Assembly (NCBI RefSeq): GCF_009914755.1 | Contig: NC_060947.1 | Reading direction: 5' to 3' (one strand) | DNA from: the human T2T-CHM13v2.0 reference genome, Homo sapiens | DNA: 64,000 nucleotides | In this document: piece after piece, positions 27,501-42,693 of the stretch | Layout of the letters: every line of letters starts with the position of its first letter | Position numbering within the stretch: the first letter of the stretch is position 1 | The notes under the pieces: generated by a model | What the model was told of the DNA's origin: nothing | Seen by the model: only the letters and a program-made list of their open reading frames with translations | Database searches by the model: none | Translations under genes and position numbers: made by a program

Positions 27501-28085
27501 TGGCTGGAATTCCAAACCAGTGGGTCTTATCCTGTGAGGTGCAGTGGAAGTGGGGCCCGCAGATCGTGCCGCTTGGCCCCCTGGATTCAGCCTCTTTCCT
27601 AGGGGTATGTACAGGGGTCTAATCTCCCGCTTTGCAGGAGTTGCAGTTACTTTTGCTGGGAAACCCAGGGCCGGAGTATGTAAAGCTGCTGGGTCTCTGC
27701 ACGTGCTCAAGCGGCTACTCTGCTGAGACTCCATGTATCTCTGTGTGTCAGACTGAAGGCCCTGGTGGAGTGGGTTCACCAGGGGATCTCCTGACCCAAG
27801 GGTTGCAAGGATCCATGGGAGGAGCGTGGTTTCCCAGGATCGCACATTCACTTACGACTTCCCTGGGTGGAGGAGGTTCCTCTGTCTCCATGTTGCTCCT
27901 GGGTGGGCTGTCATCCTGCCTTGCTTTTCTTCATTCTCTGTGGATCGAGTTGTTTCCTTGATTAGACCCAATGTGGGTACCTGGATGTTTCAGTTGAAGG
28001 CGCTGTATTTACTCGCCCCTTTCCTTCCCCTCCATGAGAACCACTCATCCTAGCTGCTTCTAGTCAGCCATCTTGGCCACTCCCT
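21599..28085 (-). mobile_element. Full-length, inactivated older L1PA (L1PA10-13-like), ~6.5 kb
   Basis: Poly-T; older-L1PA 3'UTR; fragmented ORF2 (23241..23957 RT, 24015..24482, 25219..25563 EN); fragmented ORF1 (25743..26333); 5' end GTGGCCAAGATGGCTGACTAGAAGCAGCTAG. Many frameshifts and stops. Confidence 0.88.
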
Positions 28086-28749
28086 CCCCGCCCCCCACCT
28101 TTTTTTTTTAAATGCTTGAAAACTATTTGCAAAAGAAACCTAGAGATTCTCATGGTTCTTTTAAGATCTTGTTGGATGGACTGTGAAAGTGGGATTATTG
28201 TCTATGAATGGTCAGCTAGACTGTGTGTGTGTGGAAAGGGTGAGGGAATTAACATTTATTGAGCAAAAGGGCATGCTAGTTAAAATCATTGTCTCTGGGG
28301 ACAGATTTTTCTGGGTTTTAATCCAAACTCTGACACGTATTAGCCGTGTGACCTCTATTTTTCATTTGTAAAATGGAGATGGGATTGTTGCGGGGATTAA
28401 AAGCACTTACAACAGTCCAGGATATAGAAAGCACTGTGTAAGAGCTGGCTGTCATATATTAGTCATCAGTCATCATACTTAATAATCACAAAATTGTTAG
28501 AAAATCCTGTGAGGTAGGTATTTTCCTTACCATACCCATATGAGAAAACTTAAGCAAGGAGAAGTCAAACAAAGTTACCAAAGTCACACAATTACGGAGT
28601 GACAGAGCCTTTAGACGCTGCCTAGTCCAAGGCTTTCATTTCACAGAAGAGAAAACTGAAGTTCAAAATAGGAGAGGGACATGCCTGAAGTCATTTAGTG
28701 AGCCAGTGACAGAACTGGGCCTAGAACTCAGCAGCAGGACTCTTCCTGT

Positions 28750-28936
28750 CAGTAGTTCTCAAACTTTGTCATGTGTTACAATCCTGCAGAGGACTTGCTA
28801 AAACAAACTGCTGGTACCCATGCCTAGAGTTTCTTACTTAGTAGGCGTGGGGTGGGCCTTGAAAATTTGCATTTCTAAGGAGTTCTCAAATGATGCCACT
28901 GCTGGTGGTCTGGGGACCCTACTTTGGGAACCACCA
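28750..28936. mobile_element. MER5A-like hAT-Charlie MITE
   Basis: cagtagttctcaaactt ... atttgcatttctaa ... ctactttgggaaccac; TIR-like ends. Confidence 0.75.
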
Positions 28937-29069
28937 CAACACACCATAATTCATACATCTTTTGTTCTTTTCATCATGGACTACACAGTGTGTGACCTAC
29001 AAACACTTTCAAAGAAATGGGAACCGGTGATGAAAACCAAAGAAAATTACATATCTAGCAGCAAGAAGG

Positions 29070-29169
29070 TACGGTGACTGACCAACAGTCCTGGTTTGTG
29101 TGGGACTCTCCTAGTTTTAAAATGGAAAGTCCTGTAGTTCTGGGCACAAGAGGATGGTTGGTCACTCTA
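29070..29169. mobile_element. MER81/MER94-like hAT-Blackjack MITE
   Basis: tgaccaacagtcctggtttg ... ggatggttggtcactcta, palindromic ends. Confidence 0.6.
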
Positions 29170-29276
29170 GATGAAAGCAAACAAAAGTCAGTGTCAGCTA
29201 AATGCCAAACGAAAAAGGACATACATACAGAGAATGTGGTAACTTCTGGTGAATTTGTTTGAAAAGGACCCATTCA

Positions 29277-29282
29277 TTTATT
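29277..29282 (-). terminator. TMLHE: Candidate distal polyadenylation signal (AATAAA) of TMLHE
   Basis: tttatt on + strand ~2.5 kb downstream of the stop codon, within an L2-tail-like cattcatttattc stretch. Usage not shown. Confidence 0.5.
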
Positions 29283-30909
29283 CTTCCAACACATCTGTAT
29301 TATAAAACTACTATCCATAAGGCACTGTGTTAGGTGCTGTGTTCCTGACCCTACAGATCCCATTCCACCATAGCAAAAGGTAAAAGTGACTCTACAGTGA
29401 GCTTGGTAGACATAGACCCATGCTTATATACTCAGGGACACCTGGAAGAGATATAAAAACAGAAACATCTCACATAGGAAGTTTTCAATGCATCGTGATC
29501 AGGACTCAAATAATTCCCTTCTCTTTTTCTTCAGTGTACTAAAGGGAGCACATTGTTGAGAAGGACCGGTTGCAAATTTCCAAAAAGGAGAGTAAAATAA
29601 TTAATGAGTCAAGGTCTCAGGAGAGACAGAAGGTAAGGGGAGTCCTTCAGTAAGTGGGGAAATTGATTTGTTTTGTGTCCTCATCTCTCCAGGGCCATGA
29701 GCATGTCCTTTGCTGGCCATAAGTCAATGCTGATGACCTCAGTTATAGTGTAATCTTCAAGGCTAATTTACGCAAAACTTCAGAAATGGTAAACATCCTC
29801 ATGAAGACTAATGATGACATATTTTAGGAGTGCATAATAGTAGGTATAGAGAAAAAACTGCAGGGTAAAATGTTATTGCTGTTCTTATTGCTAAAGGGCA
29901 TACTCCTTAAGAACCAAAGTTAATTATCAGTCCTTTGACCTAAGAGGAAAACAAATTTCAGGGACTCCCCTAAAGATTCCTATATAGTACAAATAAAATG
30001 CCAAAATATTTTGGAACACATTTTGGAGCACTGGATAGGTCAATAAAATAATGTGTAAATTGCCAAATGTGATCTAGGAACTCCCTGCAAACATCAGATT
30101 AGGCTCTATTCTCTATCTGAATACTGACTTTGCTTTGCTTTGTAACTCCTATCTTCACTAATAATGCCTTTTCCCCCCTCTTGTGTGCATCCTAGCCTAT
30201 ATTCTCTTTCATCATTCTACAGTGGTCAATGTGGTTATTGTACAGCTTCACTTTCAATGAAAGCTGAGGGAAAAGAAGCCTCATACCCTGCCCCCCCCCC
30301 CCCGCCCCCGCCAATACGTAAAAGAAGCCATTTAAAAAATAAAAGCAGCAAGCTACTAAATTTGACTCATTCAAATCTTGGCAATTAGCATGTATAGTAT
30401 GTTATGAGAGAGAGAGAGAGAAAATTAGCAGAAATGGAGGAAAACATATTACATCCTAAATACCACCAAATTGCCAAAATACACATTTGGGTAGTAATCT
30501 CCAGAGAACTCTCTGGAGGCACAGCATCTATCATGCTGATTTCCCTGAACAATATTACAGAATAGCCCTGTGTACTTTCTCTTGGGGGGGGGAGGTGTAA
30601 AGAATTATCATATGGAACCTCACAAGTCTCTAAAACCTTTCTGCAATTATCCCTCATAGGATTACCACACTGATGAGTTTGTTCAACAGGCGCTGTTGTG
30701 ACTTCCTAATTTAACTCCTATAGAGATGATTTGTGTGGAAGATAAAACACTATATTTGAACTCAATTCCCACCTTATCCCTGAGCTTATGCTACCAAGCA
30801 ATTCTTACAATGTTTGGAGTTCTATTAGACTACAGAGAAGAATCTAGGGTTTCAGCTAAACCCTTTAATCCACAGGCCTAGGTAAAGGACTGTCTCAAGG
30901 TAGTCGCTA

Positions 30910-31383
30910 GCCCATGGGTTCTCAAAGTATGGTCTGAAGACCCCTGGAGGAGTCCCTGAGACCCTTTTCGTGGGTCTGCAGATTAAAAATTATTTTGTAT
31001 AATAACACCAAGATGAGTTACATTCAATTAGGCATTTTTCTTTTGAAATTAAGCAGACTTTTGGAAACTAAGATGTGCATAGCCCTGTAGTAGGCTAAGT
31101 GGAAGTTACAAAGGCAGTAGTAGCTTTTTTTCCCCCTCTCGTTATCTCATGAGGATACAGAGGACTTTTCCAGAGGCTACATGACATATGGTTATGTCAT
31201 CTCTCTCATAGCTGAGGGATGTGTGCTTCTGTGTTCTTCTTGAGCTTTAAATATTTCTCAGTCTTAATACCTAAAATAATTAGTATCAATAGATAGAACC
31301 CACACCCAAGAACTCCTTGGGGCCTTCAATAACTTTTAAGAGTGTTAAGGTGTCCTAAGACCAAACATTTTGCAAATTGTTGC
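30910..31383. mobile_element. hAT-Charlie-type DNA transposon remnant in the TMLHE 3' region, interrupted by a 107-bp insert
   Basis: ggttctcaaagtatggtctgaagacccctgg...gtccctgagaccctt start; ttttccagaggctacatgacat core; tcctaagaccaaacattttgcaaattgttg end. Confidence 0.6.
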
Positions 31384-31781
31384 TTTATCAGGATTTTTGT
31401 TATTTCTAGAATGCATTTCTTTCTAACTGATCTACTTGGGAAAAAAATCGTTACCTCATGGCAATTATTGCTTTCCTATCAATATGGAGATTATATTTCT
31501 GAAGGAGACTGACCAAAATTATATTAAAAGGTTTAAATAAAACAAGTGGATCCATGTTATAACATGAGGAAGAGAGCTGCCCCACTAGATGTCTGACATT
31601 AGATAACTCAGAGTCCCGCCTCTCCAACAAGTCTCCCTTACTAGAGAAACGGACAGATTCTGTTTTGTGGGATGGGATAAGGAGACAATCTGAAGTAGAG
31701 TTTGACACAATATTATTCTGCCCATATGAAATTCTGGTAGCCAGGGTGCCAGGTGTATTCATAATCCAGATGCTGTCAATT

Positions 31782-31913
31782 TTAAGCCTGAAGCCCCAAG
31801 AGGCGAGCAGTGTTTAATACATCATCTCTTGTTAAATAGCAGCCACACAGTTGGCGGTAGCCAGTGAAGCATTCCCTGCCATGTAGGACACGCCAGTTGT
31901 CTATAAATAGGAC
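31782..31913 (-). CDS. TMLHE: TMLHE last coding exon (exon 8): VLFIDNWRVLHGRECFTGYRQLCGCYLTRDDVLNTARLLGLQA*
   Basis: AG acceptor at 31915-31914; 132 nt; TAA at 31784-31782; DNWRVLHGR motif with the third Fe ligand His of TauD/BBOX-type 2-OG dioxygenases. Confidence 0.96.
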   Translation of the reverse strand, partial: VLFIDNWRVLHGRECFTGYRQLCGCYLTRDDVLNTARLLGLQA

Positions 31914-32603
31914 CTGTGAATGGGCCAAAAAAAAAAAAAAAACAGAGAGAAAACACTGTCAGAAGAAGGACAGACCAAAGGAACCCTAAGTCAGAAGAGA
32001 TCATTTAAAAGATAACCTTTAGGTTGTTTTCTGGTTGCATTAAATGAGATATTTTTCTTTTGAAATTAAACAAACTTTTGGAAACTAAGATGTGTATAGC
32101 CCTGTAGTAGGCTAAATGGAAGTTACAGAGGCAACAGTAGGTAATGGGCCCTGCACTGGAGGAGCTTCTGTTTCTCAAGTAATTGTTCTCTTATCAAAGT
32201 AAATCAGATAATTGGTTTGTTTCTTTTTCTTTTTCTTTAATTCTTATTCTACCCTTTCTCAAAGGGTTAAATTATCTCATGACATTTTATGCTAAGCTGA
32301 AGGTATTTTTCATCCAGAGGAAATACCAAAAATAAAAACTATGGAATCATGAAGCTGGAAGGACCCTTGGGGGTCATCTAGTTAAACCCCTTCATCATAC
32401 AAATAGAGTCACTGATGCCTTAGAGATGGGATGAGGCTTGCTTCCAGAGCATTCAGTGAGTGGGCGGCAGGACCATAAACAAAACCAAGGACTCTTTTCT
32501 CTTTTTCCTTTGCAACATCGTGACTCACATATTAAGTAAGTACCCGTTCTTCACTGCTTCAGTATTACAAGCTTGCTTGACATCTTTAGAGATTAGGACC
32601 CAC

Positions 32604-32742
32604 CCTGCCAGGCTTTAGTTTGACCCAAAACTCATTCTCAGGTCTCCTCAACTCTATCGTTAGAGTCCGGTGTGCTGTATACCAGCGATGGACGACATCA
32701 TAAGGAACGGTATTGATGACAGCCCGGTCATAGTTGTTGTAC
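32604..32742 (-). CDS. TMLHE: TMLHE exon 7: (R)YNNYDRAVINTVPYDVVHRWYTAHRTLTIELRRPENEFWVKLKPGR
   Basis: AG acceptor at 32744-32743; GT donor at 32603-32602; 139 nt; phase fits exons 6 and 8. Confidence 0.96.
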
Positions 32743-32811
32743 CTAACATGGAATCATGAGAAGAAAGATCTCAAACACATGTTAAAGACATCTTTTGTTT
32801 ATTGAACAATT

Positions 32812-32947
32812 TTATATAAGGCTTCCCCTATGTTCAATACTTGTCCCAGAGACGAAGTGACGATAAGTCAATATTCTCTCAGGAATATCACATTGGAGTG
32901 AGGAGTTCCACTGCCTGTTGACCGTGTTTTGTTTTTCTTTGAATAAT
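32812..32947 (-). CDS. TMLHE: TMLHE alternative terminal exon (TMLH-b-type C-terminus): (R)LFKEKQNTVNRQWNSSLQCDIPERILTYRHFVSGTSIEHRGSLI*
   Basis: AG at 32949-32948; 136 nt (1+45 codons) in frame with exon 6; TAA at 32814-32812; AATAAA at 32803-32798. Peptide matches my recollection of the TMLH-b isoform. Confidence 0.75.
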
Positions 32948-33204
32948 CTAAGGATACGGGATAGAAGTTAAGTTCCAACTGGTTTCTCTCATCTTATGAT
33001 ATGATATTTTAAGTCTTTACTGGCCAAAGGTCATGGAAGCACTGGGGAAAGCGCTGAGCTTTCTCCTCACCAAGCTGAGGTGGGGTGGACAAGAGAGGTT
33101 GTACTAACAAAGCTTTCCTTTTAACAGGATGACTTACAACTTAAGTGTCTCCCTTTGTGGGAGGAATCCCAGCTATAGCCTAGTGGACCATTCACCCAGG
33201 GATC

Positions 33205-33790
33205 TTCAATCATTCGTTCAACCCTAACATTTATATGCGCACCAGCTACATGCTAGGCAGTGCGTCAGGCATTAAAGATACAAGGACGAATACAGCAGAC
33301 ACGACCTCAGTCTTTGGACAGAGTTTACCTTCTATTGAGGAAGATAGATGATAAACAAGTAATAAATACATAAACAAAGTAATTTCAGCTAGCTATAAAT
33401 GCTATGAAAAAATAATAGTGTTATATAATAAAGAGCGACTGGGAAATCTATTTCACATGGAGTGTTAAGTGAAGGACTTTTTGAAGAAGCGACATTTGAG
33501 CTGTTACCTGTATGATACGAGACCAACAATGTAACAAGCTGAGGGGAGAGCATTCCAGGCAAAGGGAAAAGCAAAAACACAGCCTTGGAGTGGAATGGAG
33601 TTTTATTCTGTTTGCCGACCAGTAAGAAGGTCACGTGGCTGGAGCTGAGTAAGCAAGGGGAATAATGGTGGGAGAAATTACGTGGAGGAGGTAGTCAGGG
33701 GCTAGATCATGTATATATTGCCATGCAGGCCATGGTAAGGACTTTGGATTTTATTCTGAGTACCATGGGAAGCCACTGAAAAACCTTGCC
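33205..33790 (-). mobile_element. L2 element fragment
   Basis: cattcgttcaac...atttat...gctaggcagtg and cattccaggcaaaggg...ggctggagc...actttggattttattctgag, L2 signature. Confidence 0.65.
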
Positions 33791-34587
33791 TAAGATAATG
33801 GGTTTCTGTTTTGCCTAAGGCAAATTAACTTTTTACTGAAGTATACTATACATTACGGAAAAAGTACACAAATCGTAAGCTTGATGAATTTTCATGATGT
33901 AATCGCATCCATATCACTAGCACCCAGGTCAATAAACAGATCATTACCAGAACCCCAGAACCCTCCCTTATGCCCCTTTCCAGTAACGCCCATCCCCCAA
34001 CCCACGGGTAACTACCATCCTGACTTCTATCACCAAAGATTAGTTTTGCCTGTTTATATAAAACTTTATATAATTGCAATCACAATATGTATTCATTTTG
34101 TGTCTGGCTTCTTTCATTTAATATTATGTTTAGGAGTTTCATCATTGCTTAGCAATAGTTTATTGGTGCTATATGGAAGTTGAGTGCGTGATCACACCAC
34201 AGTTTATCCATTCTACTGTTGATGGACATATGAGTAATTTCCGGTTTGGAACTACTACAAACAGTGCTGTTATGAACATTCTATTACATGTCTTTTGGTG
34301 AACAAATATATTCACTCCTGTTTGAAATAAACTTAAGAATGGAACTTATGGATCATAAGGTATGTGTATGCTCAGATTTACTAGATACTGCCAAAGATAT
34401 TCTTTCCAAAGATAAATTAACATCCAATGGTGCCATTTTTGGATATCTCAGGCAATATTCCTTAGTGTTAGATAGTACATGGCACAATCAGAGCCAACAT
34501 TCTTAGTTTTGTTGCATATAAAATGAGCATAATAACATCTGCTTAGCTGATCTCACAGGGCTACTGCAAGAATCAAATGCAAAAATA

Positions 34588-35079
<492 letters not shown>

Positions 35080-38000
35080 TTAATTTACTTATTTCATCAT
35101 CCCAGAAGGAAAGGTGTTATTAACCTCCTCTTACATTTAAGGCAACTGAAACTTAGAGACCTGCCACAGAGTTCATACGTAGCAGAGAGGTTTTGAAATC
35201 AGGTGTCCTTAATTCTTTAACTCATTGTTTATACCAGAGAACAGAAAAATGATCGTAATTCCTGTGTACGCTTGTTCATGAGAGCAACATTTTTACAGAT
35301 CACACTTACAATCTTTTGACTTCAAACTGAGATTTGCAGTTTAGAAATGTTTCCATATACACTATCTGATTGACCCTCTGCATGATAACCACGTGAGGTA
35401 AGTAGTACAGCTGTTATTGTCTTACTTTATAGATAAGGAAAATAATGATAAGACCTTGTGATTTGTCCAAGCTTACATGGAATTTGGTATTCACTATTTA
35501 TATTAGATGGTGGTGTTTTCTAAAGCCAACAGAGAAAGTAGCAGGAAAAGTCTATTACACATAAGCAAAATGGTTGTGCAATACTTTGGATTAGAATAAG
35601 ACTATTTCTGGACTTTGGCACAAAGTGATGCCATCATATTATTGTGCAGTTTTTCCTTTTTTTCCTGCTTTGATATGAAGCAAGAGAGACGTGGGAGTAG
35701 GGGAGAGCAAATAAAGCAGGCATTTATCTGACAAGAAAAGCTAGGAAGATTTAACAAAGTTATCCTTCTTCTTAGTTGACAGACAAGTATTTCCCAAGAG
35801 AGCTCCATAATTGAGCAGACGATGCATTTGATGGATTTGTGTATTGTGGTGTAAGTGAAAGCTGGTGGGCTTTCAGATAGGTAGATAAATAGGCTTTCAG
35901 TTAGATCACCATTACAATCTCAGTTCAGGTGTGTGACCTTGGAGGAGCTATAGAAATTATAAAAATGCTAGAAGAAAACCTCGGGATGACTCTCCAGGAT
36001 AATGCTCTGGGAAAAGATTTTATTCCCCAAAAGCACAGGAAACAAAACCCAGAAATAGACAAATGAGACTGGATTAAACTAAAGAGTTTCTGTGAGGCAA
36101 GGGAAACAATCAACAGAGTGAAGAAACAACCCACAGTATGGGAATATGGCCATTGTAGAATGGCTGTTATTACAAAGACCAAAAATGACAGACGTTGGCA
36201 AGTATGTGGAGAGAAAAGAACTCTTATACATTCAATAAACGGTGCTGGGGAAACTGGATGTCCACATGCAGAAGAATGAAATTAGACCCTTTTCTTACAA
36301 CATATACAAAAATCAACTAGAAATGGATTAAACGCTTACATGTAAGACCTGACACCGTAAATCTACTAGAAGAAAACACATGGTATAACTCTATGATATT
36401 GGTCTATACAATTACCTTTTGGATATGATCCAAAAGTATAAGCAACGGAAGAAAAACTAGGTAAATGAAATTGCATCAAACTGAAAAGCTTCTGCACAGC
36501 AAAGGAAACAAAAGAATGAAGAGACAACCTGCAGAATGGGAGAAAGTATTTGCAAACTATACATCTGATAAGGGGTTAATATCTAAAATATTTGAGGAAC
36601 TCAAACAACTCAATAGTAAGAAAACAAATAACCTGATTTAAAAATGGGCAAAGGATCTGGATAGACATTTCTCAAAAGAAGACATACAAATGGCCAAGAG
36701 GTATATGAAAAAGTGCTCAACATCACTAGTAATCAGATAAATTCAAATTAAAACCACCACGGGATATCATCTCATACTCCTTAGGATGGCTATTATTAAA
36801 AAGACAAAAGATAACAATGTTGATGAGGATGTGGAGATAAGTGAACCCTTGCACACTGTTGGTGGGAATGTGAATTAGTGCAGCCATTATGGAAAACAAT
36901 ACGGAGGTTTCTAAAAAAAGCTAAAAGTAGAACTACTACATCATCCAGCAATCTCACCACTGGGTATATACCCAAAGGAAATGAAATCAGTATGTCCGAG
37001 AGATATCTTCCATGTTCTTTGCAGAAATATTCACAATAGCCAAGATATAAAATCAATCTAGGCAGAATACATGGGAGTGTATATAGAGAAAATGTGGTAT
37101 GCATAAAAAGTGGAATACTATTCATCCTTGAAAAAGAAGAAAGTCCTGTCATTTGTGACAACATGGATGAACCTGGAGAACATTAAGTGAAAATAAGCCA
37201 GGCACAGAAATATCAATACTGCATGATCTCACTCATATGTGTAATGTAAAAAAAAAGTTGATATCATAGAAATAGAGAGCAGAATGGTGGGTACTAGAGG
37301 CTGGTGGGTTGTGGAGTAGTGGTTGGGTGGTTGGGGATATGTTGCTCAGAGGATACATAATTTTAGATCAGAGAAATAAGTTCAAGTGATCTATTTTTCC
37401 ATGTGATGACTATAGTTAATAACAATGTATCGTAATTTGAAAATTTCTAAGAAACAGTCAATCAACGGAGTGAAGAGATAACTCACAGAATGTGAGAAAA
37501 TGTTTGCAAACTATGCATCTACAAGAGATTAATACCCGGAGTATATAAGGAACTCAAACTCAATAACCAAAAAAGACATATTCCCTTAAAAATGGACAAA
37601 AGTTCTGAATAGATATTTCTCCAAAGAAGGCAGACAAATGGCAAATGGGTATATTTTTAAATGCTCCACATCACTAATCATTAGGGAAATGCAAATCAAA
37701 ACCACAATATCACCTCACCCCAGTTACAATGGCTATCATTAAAAAGACAAAAAATAGGCTGAAAGTAAGGATGGTTAGTATGTACAAACACAGAGAGAAT
37801 GAATAAGATCTAGTATTTGGCAGCACAATAAGGCAACTATAGTTAACAATAACTTATTGTATATTTAAAAATAACTAAGAGAGTAGAACTGGAGTGTTCC
37901 TAACACAAAGAAATAATAAAGGCTTGAAATGATAGATACCTCAATTATCCTGATTTGATCATTACATATTGTATGCCTGTATCAAAACATCACATGCACT

Positions 38001-38586
38001 CCATAAATATATACAACTATTATTTACCCATAATAATTAAAAAAATCAAAATTTAATTTAATAACATAAAATATAATAAAGTGATCTTAAAAGAAATTTG
38101 CCCGTGGTTAGATATTACTTGTTACACTTTAATTGATGATTTCTATTATAATTTCATAGTACTTAGAATATATATATATATTAGAAAATATCATCTATAG
38201 GATTTTTGCTTTCATGAGGGTAATGATATTTTAAGCCTAAAATATTAGAATTTTCAATAATTTTCTCTAGTGTTTGGAAATTATTTTAATCCTCTGTTTA
38301 GTGCTCAAAAATGCTGTTCATTTGTGACTGATTAGTTAAACTTTCTAATAAAGTGATTTTACACTCTTTATGTTAAAGAAACAACAAATGCTGGTGAAGA
38401 TGTGTAGAAAGGGGAAATCTTATACATTGTTGATGGGAATGTAAACTAGTACAGGCAATATGGACAACAGTACTGAGGTTCCTCAAAAAATTAAAAATAG
38501 AACTAGCATATGATCCAAAGAACTCACTACTGGGTATTTTAAAAGGAAATGAAATCAGTATGTTGGAGAGATACCTGCACTCTCAT

Positions 38587-39158
38587 TGTGATGGTTCAAT
38601 TTACGAGTCAGCTTGACTGGATTGAGGGATGCCAAGACGGCTGTTGAAACATTGTTCCCTGGGTGTGTCGGTGAGAGTGTTTCCAGGGGAGCTTGGTGTG
38701 TGAGACAGTGGACTGCAACAGGTAAGATCCACTTTCAATGCGGGCGTGCACTGTCCTGTTAGCTGGGAGCCTGGTTGGGACAAATAGACAGAAGAGGAGG
38801 AATTCTCTCTCTCTGCTCATCCTATCTCCCTTCTGCAGCCAGATTTCTTTCCTCCTCCTGTCCTTGGACATCAGACTCCAGTTTCTTCCACTTTTGGACT
38901 CTGGGACTTGCATCCACAGCCTCCAGTGGGCTCTTAGGCCTTTGGCCTCAGACTGGGGTCTGTACTCTCAGCTTCCCTAGTTCTGAGGCTTCCAGACTTG
39001 GAGTGAATCGTGCTACCAGCTTCTTCGGTTCTGCAGCTTGCAGATGGCCTATTGTGGGACTTCTCCATCTCTATAATCATCTGAACCAACTACACCTCAT
39101 AAATCCTCTCTCATATATCCTATTGGTTCTGTCTCTCTGGAGAACCTTGACTAACACA
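38587..39158 (+). mobile_element. MLT2-type (ERVL) solo LTR inserted in L1MA
   Basis: tgtgatggttcaattt...cagcttgactggattgagggatgcc ... ttctgtctctctggagaaccttgactaacaca; 5-bp TSD ctcat/cccat. Confidence 0.85.
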
Positions 39159-39587
39159 CCCATGTTTATTGCAGCACTATTCACAATAGCCAAGATATGG
39201 AATCAACATAAGTGTCCATCAACAGATGAATGGATAAAGAAAATGTGGTGCATATTCACAATGGAGTACTATTCAGCCATAACCAATAATGAGATCCTGT
39301 CATGTGTGACAACATGGATAAGCCTGTAGGACATTACATTAGGTGAAATAAGCCAGGCACAGAAAGACAAACTTTGCATGTGCTCACTTATTTGTGTGAG
39401 CTAAAAATTAAATAATTGAAATGAAGATAGAGAGTAGAAGGGAGGCTGGGAAGGTTAGTGGGAGGGTGAGGAGGAAGTGGGGAAGGTTAGTGGGTACAAA
39501 AAATAGTTAGAAAGAATGAATAAAGCCTAGTATTTGCTAGCACAACAGGGAGACTGTAGTAAAAAAATAATTTAATCATACTTTTAA

Positions 39588-41405
<1,818 letters not shown>

Positions 41406-42619
41406 AAAATAACCAAAAGAGTATAATTTGGTTGTTTGTAATACAAAGATAAATGCTTGAGGAGATGGATACTCCATTTTTACCCTGATGTGATTATGTA
41501 CTGCATACCTATATTAGAACATCTCATCTAACCCATAAATATATACACCTACTATGTAACCACAAAAATAATAAATAAAAATAAGATAAATATAAATTTA
41601 AAAGTTGATGTTATAGAGGTAGAGAGTAGAACAGTGGTTACCAGAGGCAGGGGAGGCGAGGAGGGAAGGAGAGATGGGAAGAGGTTGGTCACTGGGTACA
41701 AAGTTACAGTTATGGTTAGATAGGAGGATTAAGTTCTGGTGTTCTATTGCACAATAGGGTGACAATAGTCGACGATAATATGTTGTATAGTTCAAAATAG
41801 CTAGAAGAGATGATTTTGAATGTTCTCACTAAAAGAATAAGAGGGGGAATACTACAATCAATCTATGCCTATATATTTGATAACTTATATGAACCAATTT
41901 CTTAAACCCACATGGTAAAAAAAAACAAACTAATTCAAAGAAAAGTAGATAATCTGAATAGCCTGGCATGCATTAAAGAAACTGAATCTGTAATTTAAAA
42001 CTTTTCAAGAAAGAGAACTCCGGGCCAGGCAATTTCACTCATGAATTCTATCAAACATTTAAGTAAGATGTAATACAAATTTTACAGTCTCTTTCAGAAA
42101 ATTAAGGAGAGAAAATGACCCCACTCATATTATGAGGATAGCATCATCCTAATACCAAACTCAGACAGAGATATTACGAGCAAAAAACAAAATAGCAATA
42201 TCTCACATAAACATAGGTACAAATATTCTTACTAAGATATTAGCCAATCAACTCTAGCAATGTATAAAAAAGATAATGCATCAAGATCAAGTGGAGTTTA
42301 TCCCAGGTATTCAAAGTTGGTTCAACATTCAAAAATCAATCAATGTATTTTATCATATTGTCATACTAAATACGCAACATCGAATGATCATATAAATAAA
42401 TGCAGAAAAGGCATTCAACAAAATTCAATATTAATTAATGATAAAATTCCCAACAAGTTAGGAATAGAAGGAAATTTCCTTATTCTAATAAAGGCTATCC
42501 ATGGAAAACCTACAGTGAACCACTGAGTAATTTTCCCCTAAAATCAGAAATAAGTCAAGGATGTCCTTTCTCACCACTACTATTCACTGTTAGTCCTGGA
42601 AGTCCCAGCTAGTGCGATA

Positions 42620-42646
42620 ACACATGCACACACACACGCACACGCG

Positions 42647-42679
<33 letters not shown>

Positions 42680-42693
42680 GGAGAGAGAGAGAG
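42620..42693. repeat. Compound (CA)n-(GA)n microsatellite
   Basis: Direct reading. Confidence 0.9.

Noticed and set aside
31782-32947. Possibility that exons 7-8 are the TMLHE pseudogene copy
   Set aside because: Exons 4-6 are present upstream in the correct order, strand and phase, so this is the functional locus
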